Below, one piece after another: positions 11,559 through 26,100 of a DNA stretch of 64,000 nucleotides. A model generated the notes under the pieces. The model saw nothing but the letters and a program-made list of their open reading frames with translations, ran no database searches and had not been told where the DNA came from. The stretch comes from Hydrolagus affinis. Its lineage: Eukaryota. The stretch lies in assembly GCA_012026655.1 (NCBI GenBank), contig JAAILG010000039.1, forward strand, positions 1 through 64,000. The letters run 5' to 3'. Each line of letters begins with the position of its first letter. Positions within the stretch are counted from its first letter, which is position 1. Made by a program: the position numbers and the translations under genes.

Positions 11559-13454
11559 TTGTTTTAACTCCTTTTCAAATCAATTGGACCTGTTCTCAAA
11601 TGTTCATAAAATTTGGATTGAGAGAATGCAGTGTTTCTTCTGTAAGACTGACATTCAGGTCAGTGAAATCTGACTTGTGCATCACACAGTATCATTGCCA
11701 CAAACCTGTTTGGACACAGTTCCAGGGAACACTGGACCATCTTCCTTGGAGTTTAATGCAGTAATCAAACTCAAAACACCTTTGTATATTTTTTTCTAAC
11801 AAAAAGTTAAAAGTGCTCACACACTGTTATTAGAATTTGTTGCACATGGAACCTGAAGTTGTAAATCAACCATCAGTCCAATTGAAACCCTCCATTTGTA
11901 TCTAGTAGATTTGTATGCCTTTATGTGCATATTAAAATGGACCTGTTCCCTTGCAATATGTTTTTCATAGAGTGAAGACTAGCCCATTTGGTCATGAGCG
12001 TCACCTACCAGCGGATCATTCTGTTTGTAGCCTCCTTATGTGCAATGTATCAGAAGGTGTGGCAGGTGCTTTATGTAACAAAACGTTCATTGTCAATTAC
12101 TGTTTTTATTTTCTCCGCTCTTATGCAAATTGATGCTTGTGTATTTTATCCACGCCTTGTACCTCTGTGAAAGTACTGCAATTATATGTGGATTATTGAT
12201 TTACTGTACTTGGATTTTTTTCTACAACAGCCATTGTTTTCTTTTTACGGTGATATAAAATGTTACCGTCATTTAGGAGGAAGTAACTGTGGGATATAAA
12301 AATAATAATCATAATAATCCTTGATATCATGTTGTAAAGATATCTCAATTCAATGAATATACAGTATTGTAAAGTGAACTGACTTTGTGAGCGAAACACG
12401 TTTGAGGCTGCAGTTTGTTTGCTTTTGCAGAAAGAGTTTGCACCCTTGCCGCTTGCTCCCATCACTACAAAAAATATATAGTCACTACACTTTTACAGTA
12501 TATTCTGTGAAGCACTTTGAAATGTTTTGATGGCATGATAAGGTGCTACATTAAATGCACGGGTTATTATTATTTTTAACAACAAATTGCGTTTACATAG
12601 CCTCTCCCCTTGGCTCGGTGTCAGACTCTGATACTGTCAAGCGCTCTGGGACACAGCTACAGATGAAGGGCACCATATAAATGCAATTGTTGATGAAAAT
12701 CATTCTCTGGTGCAACTAAAGCATATTCAGATGGCTTCAACATGACTGTTTCATGCACCAGTGGGACTATAGGATAAAAATGCCACGAGGAACTGAACTT
12801 TAAGGGTACGGTTATTTTTCCATCCAGGAGTCAGAATAGATATCATGCTGAAGACTTCCATTATAATGGCTTCACTGTGCATATGAAACATAACAATATG
12901 GAGAAGGGACATTAAGGACGGAAAACTATACAGTAAAAAATTAGAAGGATAAATATCTTTTTTCAAGACTCATATAGGTAAATATGTATATTAGTTATAC
13001 TGTAAGACCAATATGATTCCGTTGTTTCACTACAATCTAAGGTAGTAACTATAAATTTATTGAAAATACTGCTCGAAAAAGTCCTGTCCGTGAAGTTTAT
13101 AAACAAAGTTTATTTGGACTATTGGCATATGGAACGGATAGCATTTGCCTCATCTGTTCTGATGTCGTTGACCTTCCAGCCATTCTTACAAGAAGGGCAT
13201 TATCAGGCAAAATGTTTTCCTATCCCATGGTGTTTGCATTCTGAGTTACAAATAATTTCATTATAATTTCAAGTGCAACAAAGAAAACATTTCAAATCTT
13301 ACTTTACAAATAACACTGGTTGATGGTGTTTGATTGTGTGTATAACCATAAAAGCCTGTCAGAGAACATGGCGCCAAAGACTAAGGTTTGAACAAAGCTA
13401 TTACTTCATTAACAATTAAAAATCACATACACAGAGCATACGAATAGCTTGAGT

Positions 13455-13550
13455 GATTATTAACAAGGCATCATTGAATAACCTTGTTAATCCTTGATAA
13501 GGATTAAGCAGTCTGGCACAATTATTTTTTCCTGTAACTTGGATTAACTA
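13455..13550. promoter_or_regulatory. Candidate photoreceptor enhancer: clustered and inverted CRX/OTX sites
   Basis: TTAATCCTT-GAT-AAGGATTAA (13487-13507) plus GGATTA at 13541-13546, between LRIT1 and LRIT2. Confidence 0.5.
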
Positions 13551-13644
13551 GTTCATCTAGTTCATACCAGATTTAAGTAGTTACCAGGTTAAAAAGTTCA
13601 TGTGCCTTTATACATACTGTACTGTACTGGCCCTGTGAATGCAA

Positions 13645-13945
13645 GCATCACTCAGTGTGGTATTAAACCACACATACTAGCAAAAGTTGAAAGTTTATTC
13701 CCTGGTGGGCACTGAGTTATGTGATTGATATTGAATGGGACAATTAGCCTATTGCCTTTGGGCTGGGAGAGGATACATTGGTTAAAGTTGCCTTATTCGT
13801 ATCCAGTAACTCTTGCGGGAGAGTGTATGCTATTTAGGCATAGACATAGACATAGAGGATGACCTCTTGGTGTGTTAGTTGAGGGCTGTTTGTGTCTGTG
13901 ACTATATGTATTCGTTCCCTTCAGGAGAGGTGGAGAACATTTGTT
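13645..13945 (+). mobile_element. Old SINE family B copy
   Basis: CTCAGTGTGG..CCCTGG..CTGAGTTA..TTCAGGAGAGG; similar to 6655, 17283 and 54595. Confidence 0.5.
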
Positions 13946-15629
13946 ACACAATGTTCTCTCTTTGTGAGAATATTTCTGAGCATTTAGATGAATATATCCT
14001 CCTCCTTGTTTGCTCAGAAACTTTTGAGACTAAGTTTTAATGCTGCAGCTAATGCTCTGTCTGTGATTACTAGCTCACCACGACACATTTTCTGGACTGG
14101 ATAACTTAATAACCTTTGCATTCAATGGTCATTGAGGGAACATGATATGTTCAATATTAAATCAAGGTTGGGATATATGCAACAATTTGGTTCAATTGCG
14201 CATGAAATAGCATTTGGTGTCACTGCCCAACGTGTGATTATGTGAGTACAGCTGTAGCACTTATCATTGCAATCTCCTGCGCAATATTCGTTTTATCCAC
14301 CAGGTGACATCGACCAACCTTTTCACAAATGCCAGAAATGACTGCTGGAGTTGGGGGAGATTTCACTTGCTCACCTGCTTTGGTTTTAAGGAGTCACCTT
14401 TAATCTGTATAAGTGTAATATCATTACAATTCGCCCACATGTGTTACAATACACTGGATTCCATCTTTGTGGAATATTCAATTGGATTATTTGCAAAATG
14501 GAGTAAACATTAAAAACTGTATTCAATTCCTCCCTGTTTTTCAACAAAAATCGATTCCAGCAGGTCAGCTTTTCAGACCTACTGTACTAATTTACTCAAT
14601 TAATAACCCCTTCCACACAAAAAAAAGTGCTTTGAACCAGATCTCTGCCTGCAAGTTTTTGATTTCTTCAGTTTTTTTTCCAATTTACCTTTACGATGCG
14701 TAAATACAATTACAAAATGAATCAATTAGTTTTGATTTGTGCAGGTTTGTCACAAAATATCTGTTATCTAAAAAGCAACGTGGAACAATGCAGCAAGTTG
14801 GTGTCTGGAGTTCAGGTGGATTCAGAAGTATTTTGTACAATTGGTTTATCCATCGCTGCGGAATCCTAGATTGAGATGGAAATTTATTTTTCTGTGGTGT
14901 AAAGCGTTAACTTTTAATAACCTATTTAGGGAAGTGGGACTTTGTAATGAAAGGTTATTTTAAAATGTATATCTGTCAAACATTTCATTCTCCTATGATA
15001 ATACGTGTATGTGTTACCTCCATGTTATGTACCCGTGTTTATTCTTTCCTTTATCGTTTAAACAGAACAATCTATATATATGAAGTACATGTCAAAGCAT
15101 TGATTTAAAGACTATGATAAGCATTTATCAATCGATTCAAGACATATTATACAGCTTATTTTGTTGGGAGGTCCCCAGAATAGCGTTTAAATTCAGTTCT
15201 CTCAAATTTCTAAATTTACCTGAAAGAGGCAGTTCTGACACAGGAATTATAAACTGCAAAATGCATGTTGTGGCACGGTTCTAAATATATGGAATTTAAA
15301 GAACAATTTAATTAATCATATTTTTGGCGGGCATTCGTTCCCTTTTTTTTAGCTGAAGGTTTGGTGGAGGCTATTTCTGTGATTATTCCTTGACACCTCA
15401 CCAGCCATTCAAATCAACATGAGATTTGGTAAATATTTGAACTGCACCCGACTTTGGGATCCCAGAAGTTGTCTTTTCCCTTCAAGCAGGGCAGTGCTTC
15501 ACTATGTCCCCCCTGCAGATCCCAAGATTACGTCAAATAAGATTACTGATAATGTCATTTGATCTACTCAAGTTGTCGACCTGTGCGGTGGCCAGACAGA
15601 CCGCTGCATTGTCTTCGTTTAAGTAAAAC

Positions 15630-18600
15630 ATGGGTATAAATGTTTTCTTTCTGCTTCTTGTCGCCTGCAGCATTAATCGAACCACTGCACAGTGTGTGGC
15701 GGAATGTTCTTGCAGAAATGACAGTTTCGGCAGGTGAGAGCTCAAGTTTGTCCTGTGTTTAAATAGTACTGTAGTGCATTTACTGTGCAGTGTGTGTTGC
15801 CGTTTTTGCCTTTGAAAAAAAACCGACCGATGTTTACAAATGAATGCCTGTTGCTGTGTGTTGTTGTTCCAGGAGTTTGATGTGCATGAACTCAGCTTTG
15901 CAAAGGATTCCATCGAATATTCCACCAGATGTCAAAAAAATCCGAATAGAAAACTCCTATCTGACAGAGTTGCCCCGTGGAGCATTTTCTGCAACCAGTA
16001 CCTTGGAATACCTGTGGCTGAACTTCAATAATATCACACTGATCCACGCTAGGAGTTTGCAAGATCTGAGCAATCTGATTGAGTTACGACTGCAGGGAAA
16101 CAAACTGCGCTCAGTACCGTGGACAACTTTCCAGGACACCCCAGCCTTGAACATTCTGGATTTGAAACACAATCGCTTAGATGTGCTCCCAGAACATGCA
16201 CTGAGGTACCTCGCCAACCTGACTTACTTGGATATATCATTCAATCAGCTGACAATCATTTCTGGTGAGGTGTTTCTGAACTGGCCTGTCTACCAGAGAA
16301 CCCAGAAGCACAGGGATGGGGAAGAGGTTGTCCCAAATGCTGTCCTGGCTCTCCATGACAATCCCTGGCTCTGTGACTGTCGTCTTAAGGGCTTTGTGGG
16401 TTTTGTCAAATTCATCAGTCCTCCTATTATCCTGATGAATTCCTACTTAACCTGCTCAGGCCCAGCAATCAGAGCGAGTAAATATTTTCATGAAGTGGAA
16501 CTCAAAAGTTGCTTTAAACCCTCGGCCACCTCTATGAATACAAATATAAGTGTCCCGCTTGGAGAAAATGTAACCTTGTCGTGCGTTGTGAAAGGAAATC
16601 CCATCCCAACTGTATGGTGGACAAAAGGTGTGAGGATCATGCGGAAATTCAATGGTATGACAAACTACTGTGATTTCTCAATTTTATGCATTGTTTTTGT
16701 TTTCACTGATATTAATTAAAGGGTTAAAAATCTGGAAAATCATAACATTTTCCTCCCCACTTTATGAGTTTGCAAGCCCACCAAAACTTTTCACTTTTTG
16801 GGCTATACATTTAATGTGGAGGAACTTAAAATGTGTAACCAAATCTGCCAATTAAAATTAGGGTCAATCAGGAAATCTAAATTATTCATCAGTGATTCTG
16901 CACTCTGATGTCAAACCTACATTAGCTATTAACCTTGTGATGAAGCCCACAAAATATACAGTCACTACACTTTACAGTGTATTCTTTGAGACAAGGTGAT
17001 AAGGCATTATATCAAATTATATATAAAGCATTATTATTGTTATCCTCACTCCTTCAGTTGCTTCATTTAATAGTTAATATTTTTTCAGAAAAATTGCGGA
17101 AAACATACCTTGTGTCCATTGCATGATAAGACATATTTATCTACTGGTATCACAGTAAAACAAATCCCCACATTCATCTGCTAAACATGATGATTCTATG
17201 GTCCAATCCATTGATAATTGTAATTAATCTGATACATTATTGATTTATTGAATTATATAAACTGCCTAAATGCCTAAACTTTGACTCAGTAGGTAAATAT
17301 ACCTCTTAGTGTGGCATTGAGTACAAAGTGGACAAGACTTGATCCCGTGATTCTGTAGTGACAGTCAATTTCAGCCAATTTAGTGGTGGGCATGATAGGG
17401 GAATTTAGGGACCTAGGGCTAAGGAGTGGGGAGATATCAAATCATATGCAAGGATTATAAGAACATAAGAAGTAGGAGCAGGAGTAGGCCATTCGGCCCA
17501 TCGAGCCTGCCCCGCCATTCAATCATGGCTGATATTCCATTCTAACTCCAGCTACCTGCCTTATCCCCATACCCCTAATCCTCTTATAAATGAGAAATCT
17601 ATCTATCTCAGTCTTGAATTTGTTCATGGACTGAGCATCAACAGCCCTTTGGGGTAAAGAATTCCATACATTCACTACCCTCTGAATGAAGAAGTTTTTT
17701 CTCAACTCAATGCGAAAGGGCTGACCCCTAACTTTAAGACTGTGACCCCTGGTTTTAGTTTCGCCAACCAGGGGAAACAATCTCCCACTATCTACTTTGT
17801 CGTGCCCCTTAATAATCTTATAGGTTTCTATAATTCTTCTATATTCCAGAGAATATAGGCTCAAATTAATCAACCTATCATCATAACTCATCCCCCTCAT
17901 TCCAGGTACTAACCTAGTAAACCTACACTGCACTCCCTCCAAGGCAAACTACATCCTTCCTTAAATAAGGAGACCAAGATTGCACACAGTATTCCAGATG
18001 CAGACTCACTGGAGCCCTATACAGCTGCAGCAAGACTTCCCTATTCTTATACTCTAACCCTTTCATAATGAAAGCTAATATACCATTAGTGTTCCTAATG
18101 CACCTGCATACTAACTTTCTGTGTTTGGTGTACAAGGATACCCAAGTCCCTCTGGATGCTAACACTTTCCAATCTCTCCCCCTCTAAAAAATAACCCGCT
18201 CTGCTGTTTTTGCCATCAAGGTGGATGACTTCGCACTTCTCTACATTATACTTCACCTGCCCACTCACCTAACCTACCTATATCGTGCTGTGTTTTTAAA
18301 ATGTCATCCTTGGTGTTAACACTTCCTCCTAGTGTTGTGTCATCAGCAAATTTAGATATATTCAGCTCAAAGTCCTTGTCTAGATCATTGATGTAGATTG
18401 TAAATAGCTGAGGCCCAAGGACTGATCCTTGTGGCACTCCACTAGTCACATCCCGCAAATCTGAGAAGGGGACCCATTTATCCCTACACTTTGTTTCCTA
18501 CCCGTTAACCATTCCCTAATCCATGTTAATATGTTCCTCCCATTCCGTGGGCCCCTATCTTTTGGATCAACCTTTTATGCGACACCTTATCAAATGCCTT

Positions 18601-21152
18601 CTGGAAGTCCAAATAGTCTACATCCACTGATTCACCCCTATCTAGTTTACTCGAAATATCCTCAAAAAATTCAGTGAGATTTGTCAAACATGACTTCCCT
18701 TTTGTAAAGCCATGTTGACTTGGCCTAATTATATCGTGCTCCCCTAAATACCCCACCAGAACATCCTTAATCAAGGATTCTAAAATTTTGCCTATCATTG
18801 ATGTCAGACTACCTAACTGGCCTATAGTTCCCCATCTTTTCCTTTCCACACTTTTTAAATTGTGGTGTGATATTTGCAATCTTCCAATCCATGGGGACTG
18901 TTCCAGAATCCAAAGAATTTTGTAAGATCAGACACAAAGCCCCCTCTCATGAGCTACCTCTTTTAAAATCCTGGGATGCAAGCCTTCTGGACCAGGGGAT
19001 TTATCACTTTATAGTGCTAACAGTTTCCCTAACACCAATTCTCTGCTAATGAAGATTTCCCTAAGCTGCTCCCTGTCATTTACCCCTTGGTATATCCCTA
19101 TTGTTGACAGACTTATTGTGTCTTCCAGGGCGAAGACAGACGCAAAGCATTCATTTAGGGACTCCGCCATATCATTATCCCCCATTACAACTTCTCCCGT
19201 CTTTGCCTGAAGTGGACCTACATTTACTCTCACTAGCCTATTCCTCTTAATGTATATATAAAAACTTTTGCAATCTGACTTAATGTTCCTAGCTAGCTTG
19301 CCCTCATACTCCATTTTCTCACTCTTGATGAGCTGTTTAGTTATTTTTTGTTGGTTCTTAAAACTCTCCCAATCCTCAGATCTGCTGCTTTTCTTGGCAG
19401 TTTTAAGGGCTTTTTCTTTTAATTTTGTACTTTCCCTAATTGCTCTAGTTAGCCACGGATGAATTGCTTTCCCTGCGGTACTCTTATTCCACAGGGGAAT
19501 ATGCAACCTCTGTGAATTCTGTGCTACATCCTTAAATATTTGCCACTGTTGGTCTACAGTTCTACCTCCTAATTTGATTCTCCAGTCTATTTTATCCAGA
19601 TCTTTCCTCATACAAAATTACAAAATTAGCTTTATTTAAATTCAAAATATTTGCCTCGGATTTAACGATATTCTTCTCTAACTTAATGCAAAATTCAATC
19701 ATGTTGTGATCATTCTGCCCAAGAAGAGCTTTAATATCTATATTGCCGACTTGCCCTGTTTCGTTTCACAAAACAAGGTCTAGGATTGCCTGAACCCTAG
19801 TTGCTTGCTCGGCGTGCTGCTCTGGAAAGCTATCTCTCATACACTCAATGAACTCAATTATTATAGATAACCAAGTAACCACTCAGTTTGAGCCTGACCG
19901 AAAAATTAATCCAGTGCGTGCAATATAGACAGATGTTCTGTTATGTGGCATTCACATCCCCACATTACCGCGTACCCCCACTTAGAAGAAATGTTAATGT
20001 TCACAATTTCTAGAATAATCATGAGGAATTGAAACTCATTGGTACAGAAGGGAGGCAGGTCTATGCTTGACTTATTTGACACAATGTATGTTATAGGAAA
20101 AGCTGAACAAAAGATATTCAACTTGAATTCCACACAATTATGAATCCACTCTACAGATCTTATTTAGCTTCACTGTGATGTCTCAGGAAATGCCTGTAAA
20201 TTCTTAACTTTTGACATTGCTGATAAAAGATTGTTCCTTTTCATTTTTTTTCTGTGATTGGTGTCTTCACTATATGTGAGACCATTGGGAAAATTTTGCA
20301 TTTGGAGAAATTATTTCCACAGTAAAACTTGCCTTTCTAATTCTTACAGTATCTCTTACACACATTGATGAAGAAACTTTGAAATCTGAGTTGGTGATTC
20401 CATCGACACATGGTTCAGATGGGGGAAGATACATCTGCACGACTACTAATTATCTTGGAAACTCATCTGTGCAGGTCTTGTTAAAAATTGTAACTCCAGC
20501 TGCTTTATTTCCAATACCATCTTTGTCTCCATCTTCAGCAGAAGACAATGTTTATATAGACATCAGGATTGCAAAGCAAACTATATATGGCATAACCCTA
20601 GAATGGTACGCAGCGACACAGAACCCTGCTGATACCTGGTATACACTCCATTTGGGGAAATTTGAGGACCCCAAAAAGGAAATGATATACATAGGACCGG
20701 GAGTGAATACTTATTCAGTCAATGATCTGTTTCCAGCGACAAAGTATAAAGTGTGCGTGACATTGAGAAACCAGTCTCCAAGGAAAGGCCAATGCATTGT
20801 GTTTGTTACAGGCAGCAACATCAGTGAACTGGAGCAAAGAGAGAAACTCATTCACATTATAGTTATTGTGTGTGCCATGGTTCTGGCAGTGCCGGCTGGG
20901 ATGTATGCGTGCACAACAGAAACCCGCTTCAACTACTTTGAAAATTGTGGCAAGTGTTTCAAGAGGCAAAGGCGAGGGGAGAGAACACTGAAGACAGGAG
21001 AAAGGGATACCACATTTGACAGCTTACAGACTGCCAGTGACGCAGAGCTCTGTAACAGGAATTCCAAGGAAGACAAGAGGAGACAGAGAAAATCAGAGGA
21101 CAAAAGCCACAAGGCCAAAGCAGAGCACAAGAACAGTGATGAATTGTACTAA
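15630..21152 (+). CDS. LRIT2: Leucine-rich repeat, Ig-like and transmembrane domains protein 2 (562 aa); exons 15630-15733, 15873-16654, 20350-21152
   Basis: GT-AG junctions in phase. CVAECSCRNDSFGRSLMC, TLEYLWLNFNNI, VFLNWPVYQ, LALHDNPWLCDCRL, ILMNSYLTC closely resemble human LRIT2; Ig, FN3 and TM (LIHIIVIVCAMVLAVPAG) domains present. Confidence 0.95.
17457..19855 (-). mobile_element. 5'-truncated CR1 LINE with disrupted ORF2 (reverse transcriptase) in LRIT2 intron 2
   Basis: Frameshifted ORF pieces: QHGFTKGKSCLTNL, YLDFQKAFDKV, SGVPQGSVLGPQLF, SKFADDT, HLEYCVQSWSPY, TRGHSLK; 3' (TTCTTATG)n-type tail at 17457-17471. Confidence 0.93.
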
Positions 21153-21578
21153 TATCCCACATTTTTCACTTCAGATAATTGGAACTTATTGATCCACCAA
21201 TGGACATTTTCCAATTTGGGCTGATTATATATGATATATGAGTTGATGTAGCATTATTGATATCTTTGTGGCAAAACATGGCTATCTTGTATTGCTGACT
21301 TAATGATTGCATTCTAGTGCTCTATATTTATAGCCTGTATTGGAAGAATATATAATGCACCACTCTCATTAGTGCTTTTTGTACAGTGTTTTTGTGATAC
21401 TAAGGCATCAGGTCACATAAACAAAGGATATCATGTTCTAACTATAAACTTTTACATGTTTGTCCAACTGAAAATGTTCAAGAATCCAAATGTATTTTTA
21501 AAGATCTGAATGTCTTATTCTGGAAAATAGTTTATATTAGAGACGTTGTTAGACATTGTAAATTTAAAGAAAACTACA

Positions 21579-21584
21579 AATAAA
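21579..21584 (+). terminator. Candidate polyadenylation signal of LRIT2
   Basis: AATAAA ~430 nt after the stop codon. Confidence 0.4.
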
Positions 21585-22839
21585 GGCAACAAAAAGTAAA
21601 AGTAAAATATGCTGTGGCATTGCTTGAGACGTGTTTGAAATGTTATGTGCCAAATCGGACTTGCAAACCTTTTCACTCGCCAATCTAGTTTGGTCAGTTT
21701 GAATTAGAATAAATTAATGTTAACACTGGGAAATTTAGCATGGTTGAAGTAGGTAGTCAAGAGTTGACCCAGCCCAGCTGGGATATAGCAGTAAAATAAA
21801 CCAAGTAGTATTTGATATGGAACATGCAGTGTATTTACTGTAAAATAATTAAGCCTAGCATATTTTGTACTTATTGAGGTGACTCGCTATGAAAAATGTT
21901 TCACCTTGTCAGTACAAATAGTTCTTTGTGAAAATACAGACGTTTATGTCTTAGGTGTGTCGTACCATGTTGCTCTGAGTAAAATTCATCAAGTATTCAG
22001 TAATAGGCTTTCAGTATTCTGGAGCTCAACAAATGCATCCAATCAACCTAAGCATAAGGGCAGCACAAGGACTTAATATTCTGTCTGGGCTTCAAGCACA
22101 ATTACAATGTCAGACTTTAATCTGAAGTAAAATGTGACTAGGGTAATACATGGAGCATTCCTTGCTTACTCAATTCTGCATATCACAGGTGTCAGTCTGA
22201 TCACACAATTTGCAGTTGTATGTATGCATTGGAATTAATTTGATGTGAAGAAAATAATTGCATTATCATTGACTATTTTGGCAATGCAAAATTAGAACTT
22301 TCTGCATTAATGCTGGTTATACTTTCACTAGAAAGGTTTTGAGGAGAAATGTTAATGCTCTGCATAGAGCAGGATCTCTTACCAGAAATCTAAATTTCTG
22401 TCACAATCTTCTTAATCTGTCACGAGAATCATTTTATATAGAACCAGTTTGTTCGGGCTTTGCTTATTCCAGTAAACATTTTTCATCAGCTGTGGATGTG
22501 CCAGGCAATAATGGGGCCTGTGTCATATGCTTGGTTTCAGCTGTTACAATTAGAATTGATCTGTGCTCAGGATTTGCTCATGTAGTTCAGTGAGACTTTT
22601 TAAAACATTCACAGGGCTCCATCAAGTGAAAGCAGAGGCTCAAACTGAATTCTAAGACAGTTCACAGAATTGCATTGGCCAAAGGAGAGCTGTTATTGTA
22701 TGCCATAGAGAAGAAAATGAAGTTCAACACATTTTGTTTTACTCTTAAATGAAATATTCTGTGCATATTTCTAAAAATGTTTATCTGTATTTTATTACGG
22801 CTGTACAGTACAGTAACCTACAGATCCTGACATCAAAAT

Positions 22840-23100
22840 CTGTGCCATGACTCACTTCGCCTTTTCCTACCTCTGCAACATTGCCTGTCTCTGCCAGGCG
22901 CTTCAGACCCTCGTGTATGCATTCATTACATCCAGGCATGACTACCCAAACTCCATGCTTGTTGGCCTCCTCAACTCCTCCCTCCACAGTTACAGATCAT
23001 CCAGAATTCTGCAGCCTGCGGCCTCTCCGCACTGGCTCCATGACCCTATCACCCCTTTCCTCGCCCAGCTCCACTGGCTCCATTTCACTCAGAGGATACA
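22840..23100 (+). mobile_element. L2 LINE ORF2 fragment
   Basis: Translates to LVYAFITSRHDYPNSMLVGL..ITPFLAQLHWL, an L2 C-terminal motif. Confidence 0.75.
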
Positions 23101-26100
23101 GTCTGACATAAAAGGTGCTAAACAAATGTAATTTGTTGTTAATATTACATAACATACATGGAAGAGAATAACTCAGATGGACCCTGACATATGCCTATAT
23201 ATTAAGCAAAAGCTTTATTTTTAAAAATAAAAATAGATATTCGAGGAATAGTCCCTCAAATTGGCAAAAACAATATTGTATTGAAATGAGCAAATCTTGG
23301 AAGAAAGGATTTGACATTGCATTTCAAAGTTGAAATTGATGGATGAGATAGGCTTTGGGGAAATTTTTGATTTCACAAAAATCTGAACAAAAAAACAGAA
23401 AAAAAAACCTATTTCACCTTGAGTGGTCTTTTTGCCCGGGTTAGAATTGATTTAAGTCTTGTGTATGCAATCAACAGCAGTAAAAGGTGTTTGAGTGAGT
23501 AAAATTAAATAGAAATATGTGGCGTTATGTGAGCAATGGCTTTTAAATGACTGGGTAGGTTCTCATAAAAGGGCACAGAAGCTGCTTACATGACTTTAGT
23601 TCACTGATCCAACGTCATTCGGAATGTAGGTTATCTCTGGATTAAAGCTTTATACAGTGTGTTGCAGGTATTAACAGCTTATATTTGCATTATAAGGAAG
23701 CATTTCTGTACAGCAGCAGTCAATTTAATGGAGGTTCTGTTAATGGGAACATTTAAATGAGCAAAACGGCTAACAATAATAGATTCATTGATTAGGAAAT
23801 GATCGAAACTTATGTGTTGCTGAGTATGATCCCTGATTGGATTGACACATGTAACGATTTCTATCATTTCTATCAAACAAATATCTGTGTTTAGTAGATT
23901 TTGTAAAACTCTTTTACTATCTTCATATAATGGAGCGTATCAAATGGTATGCATATGGCATTTCTATCACCTTATCACGTAATAATTCTACTGTTAGGGG
24001 TAGGTTATAGACATTACTTCTACAATTTCAGTACTCTTCTTTCCTCTCTTCACCCCCCCACTCCACCCCTACACATCCCCCCCCATATTTCACGACTGCA
24101 TTTCTGTATTCTCATTTGCACATGGCACATCATAATCATTGCTGTTAACTGTGCACAATATAAAGTATGGCAATCTAACATGATTACGCCCAACAGAGAC
24201 ATTCACAGATTCCATTCTGATAGCCCATGATTGCTCCAAATACTGTACTATTCTACACCAAATTAAAACTTTGCCCATCATTATTCACCATTATTTATGT
24301 TGAAGTAGTAAGTTATCAAACTACTTTGTACAGTTTTTAATGATAACTGCAGAGACGAGAAAAGAAAAGTTTTGTTTCTTGACTCACCAAAACCAGCAAA
24401 AATGTCTTTTTTTAAAAGACATTTTATTTTTATTTCATTCTTTGGTAATTTCTGCTGACAATGTAACAATAATAAGGTGAGAATAAGTTAATTAGGTAAA
24501 GAAATGCACAGTGCACTTATTGGATTTGTGGACAGTTGGCTTAGCTGAAATGTATAGTTATTTTAGGATTGTAAACTGACGTTAATCCATTGCTGTTAAA
24601 TCCATCTGGATCTGATCTAGATTCTACAACTGAAGGTCTTGAAGTAAAGTGAATATGGCAACTCACCCAAGTTCCTGGTTGACCTGGGACTAACCAAGCA
24701 ATATTTTACTTGGAACTACTGTATTTAGTATTAAATTGTTTGTATCACAACATAAAGCAAAAAAGGCTATGATTGCTGTGGTAAATGGGAAAATGGATTA
24801 CTGAGGCATTTCTTTTCAGTATATGTCAAAGCACATCATTATCACTGAGCAAAAGAGGCTTTGCACAGTGTTTAATCTGTGTTAATCCTCTGCACTGTCA
24901 CTGGGTGTTAGAAGTAGAGTTGTGTTGCATTTGTGTGTGTGTGTGTGCATATATATATATTTATATATGTTTCAAAAAGGTTCTCTTTGGGATAGAACTG
25001 TCTCTGAGGATTGCAATAATCCAGTGCATTGTTAATGACTCACCAGCAGATCTGACTAAACAATGAGTGCTGGCATTGTAAACATGTCCTCATCTCTGTG
25101 AGCCCAAACCCGAGGTAAACAAGCTTCGAGCGGTGACTACCATTTTCTTCCCATCTTATCTTTTAAAGATAAGTTAATTTTAAAAACTGTTGTATTTTAC
25201 TCGCTGTTTACTACTAATCTTGTGTATTATAGGCCCTGTTATTGGTAAGACTTGAATGCCTGAATGTGCCAGGATACAATTTGAAACTTGAAAGGGTTGC
25301 CGGTTCAGATACGTCAACATGCGTTTTATTTATCAAAACAATCTGCAATACAAATTTCATATTTTAAAGACTTAAAAGGGTATCAAAATATGTAAAGTTT
25401 TCACAAGACCAGGATCAAAGTTACAATTCTGTCACTTTGCACAATGCAAGTTTTGCGCTGTTTCCACCGTTTGCCCACAGTACCTTTTTCATTCATGATT
25501 TTGCAAACAAATTTAACTTCTATCAGCTGAGGAGAAGAAATCAACAATCCGAGACATTTGACTTCTATATATTTGCTGTTCATGCTTTCCAGAACTAATT
25601 GCTCCACATTTCCACAGGTCAGATATTTTATTTTAGTCAGCCTGGTGTCTGACACATATGGAAACCCATCACTATGCTTAAGAGCATCCAACCTTTGTTT
25701 CTTATTTAGTTAGTCAGAGGATGAGGTAGGAAATGTTACTGTAAGTACCTCAATTCCCCCAATTGATTGCAGCAAGAGATAGTCTCCACTTCAATTTTAT
25801 TTTCCACACCTTTACTTTACTTATGTCTCCCAACAGGAACAGAGCAAAACGATTTTCAATAGATCTACCACATATATGTCCACTAGCACATATTGTTGGC
25901 TATAGGCTGTAATGGAGTAACTCTGAGGACATTTTGTTTGTTTGACTATTACAAAGTACCACAGAACACACAAAACTATACATTTGTAGGAAAATGCACT
26001 TTACAAAAATTCATTACACCATTAAACATTAATCTAAAAAAACAGTTTGGGCTGGTTGAAAGTCAAACACTGAATTCCACATTGTAACAATTTCCAACAG

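Noticed and set aside
17523-19611. Reverse-transcriptase ORFs as a functional gene or novel RT system
   Set aside because: Frameshifted, 5'-truncated ordinary CR1 LINE.
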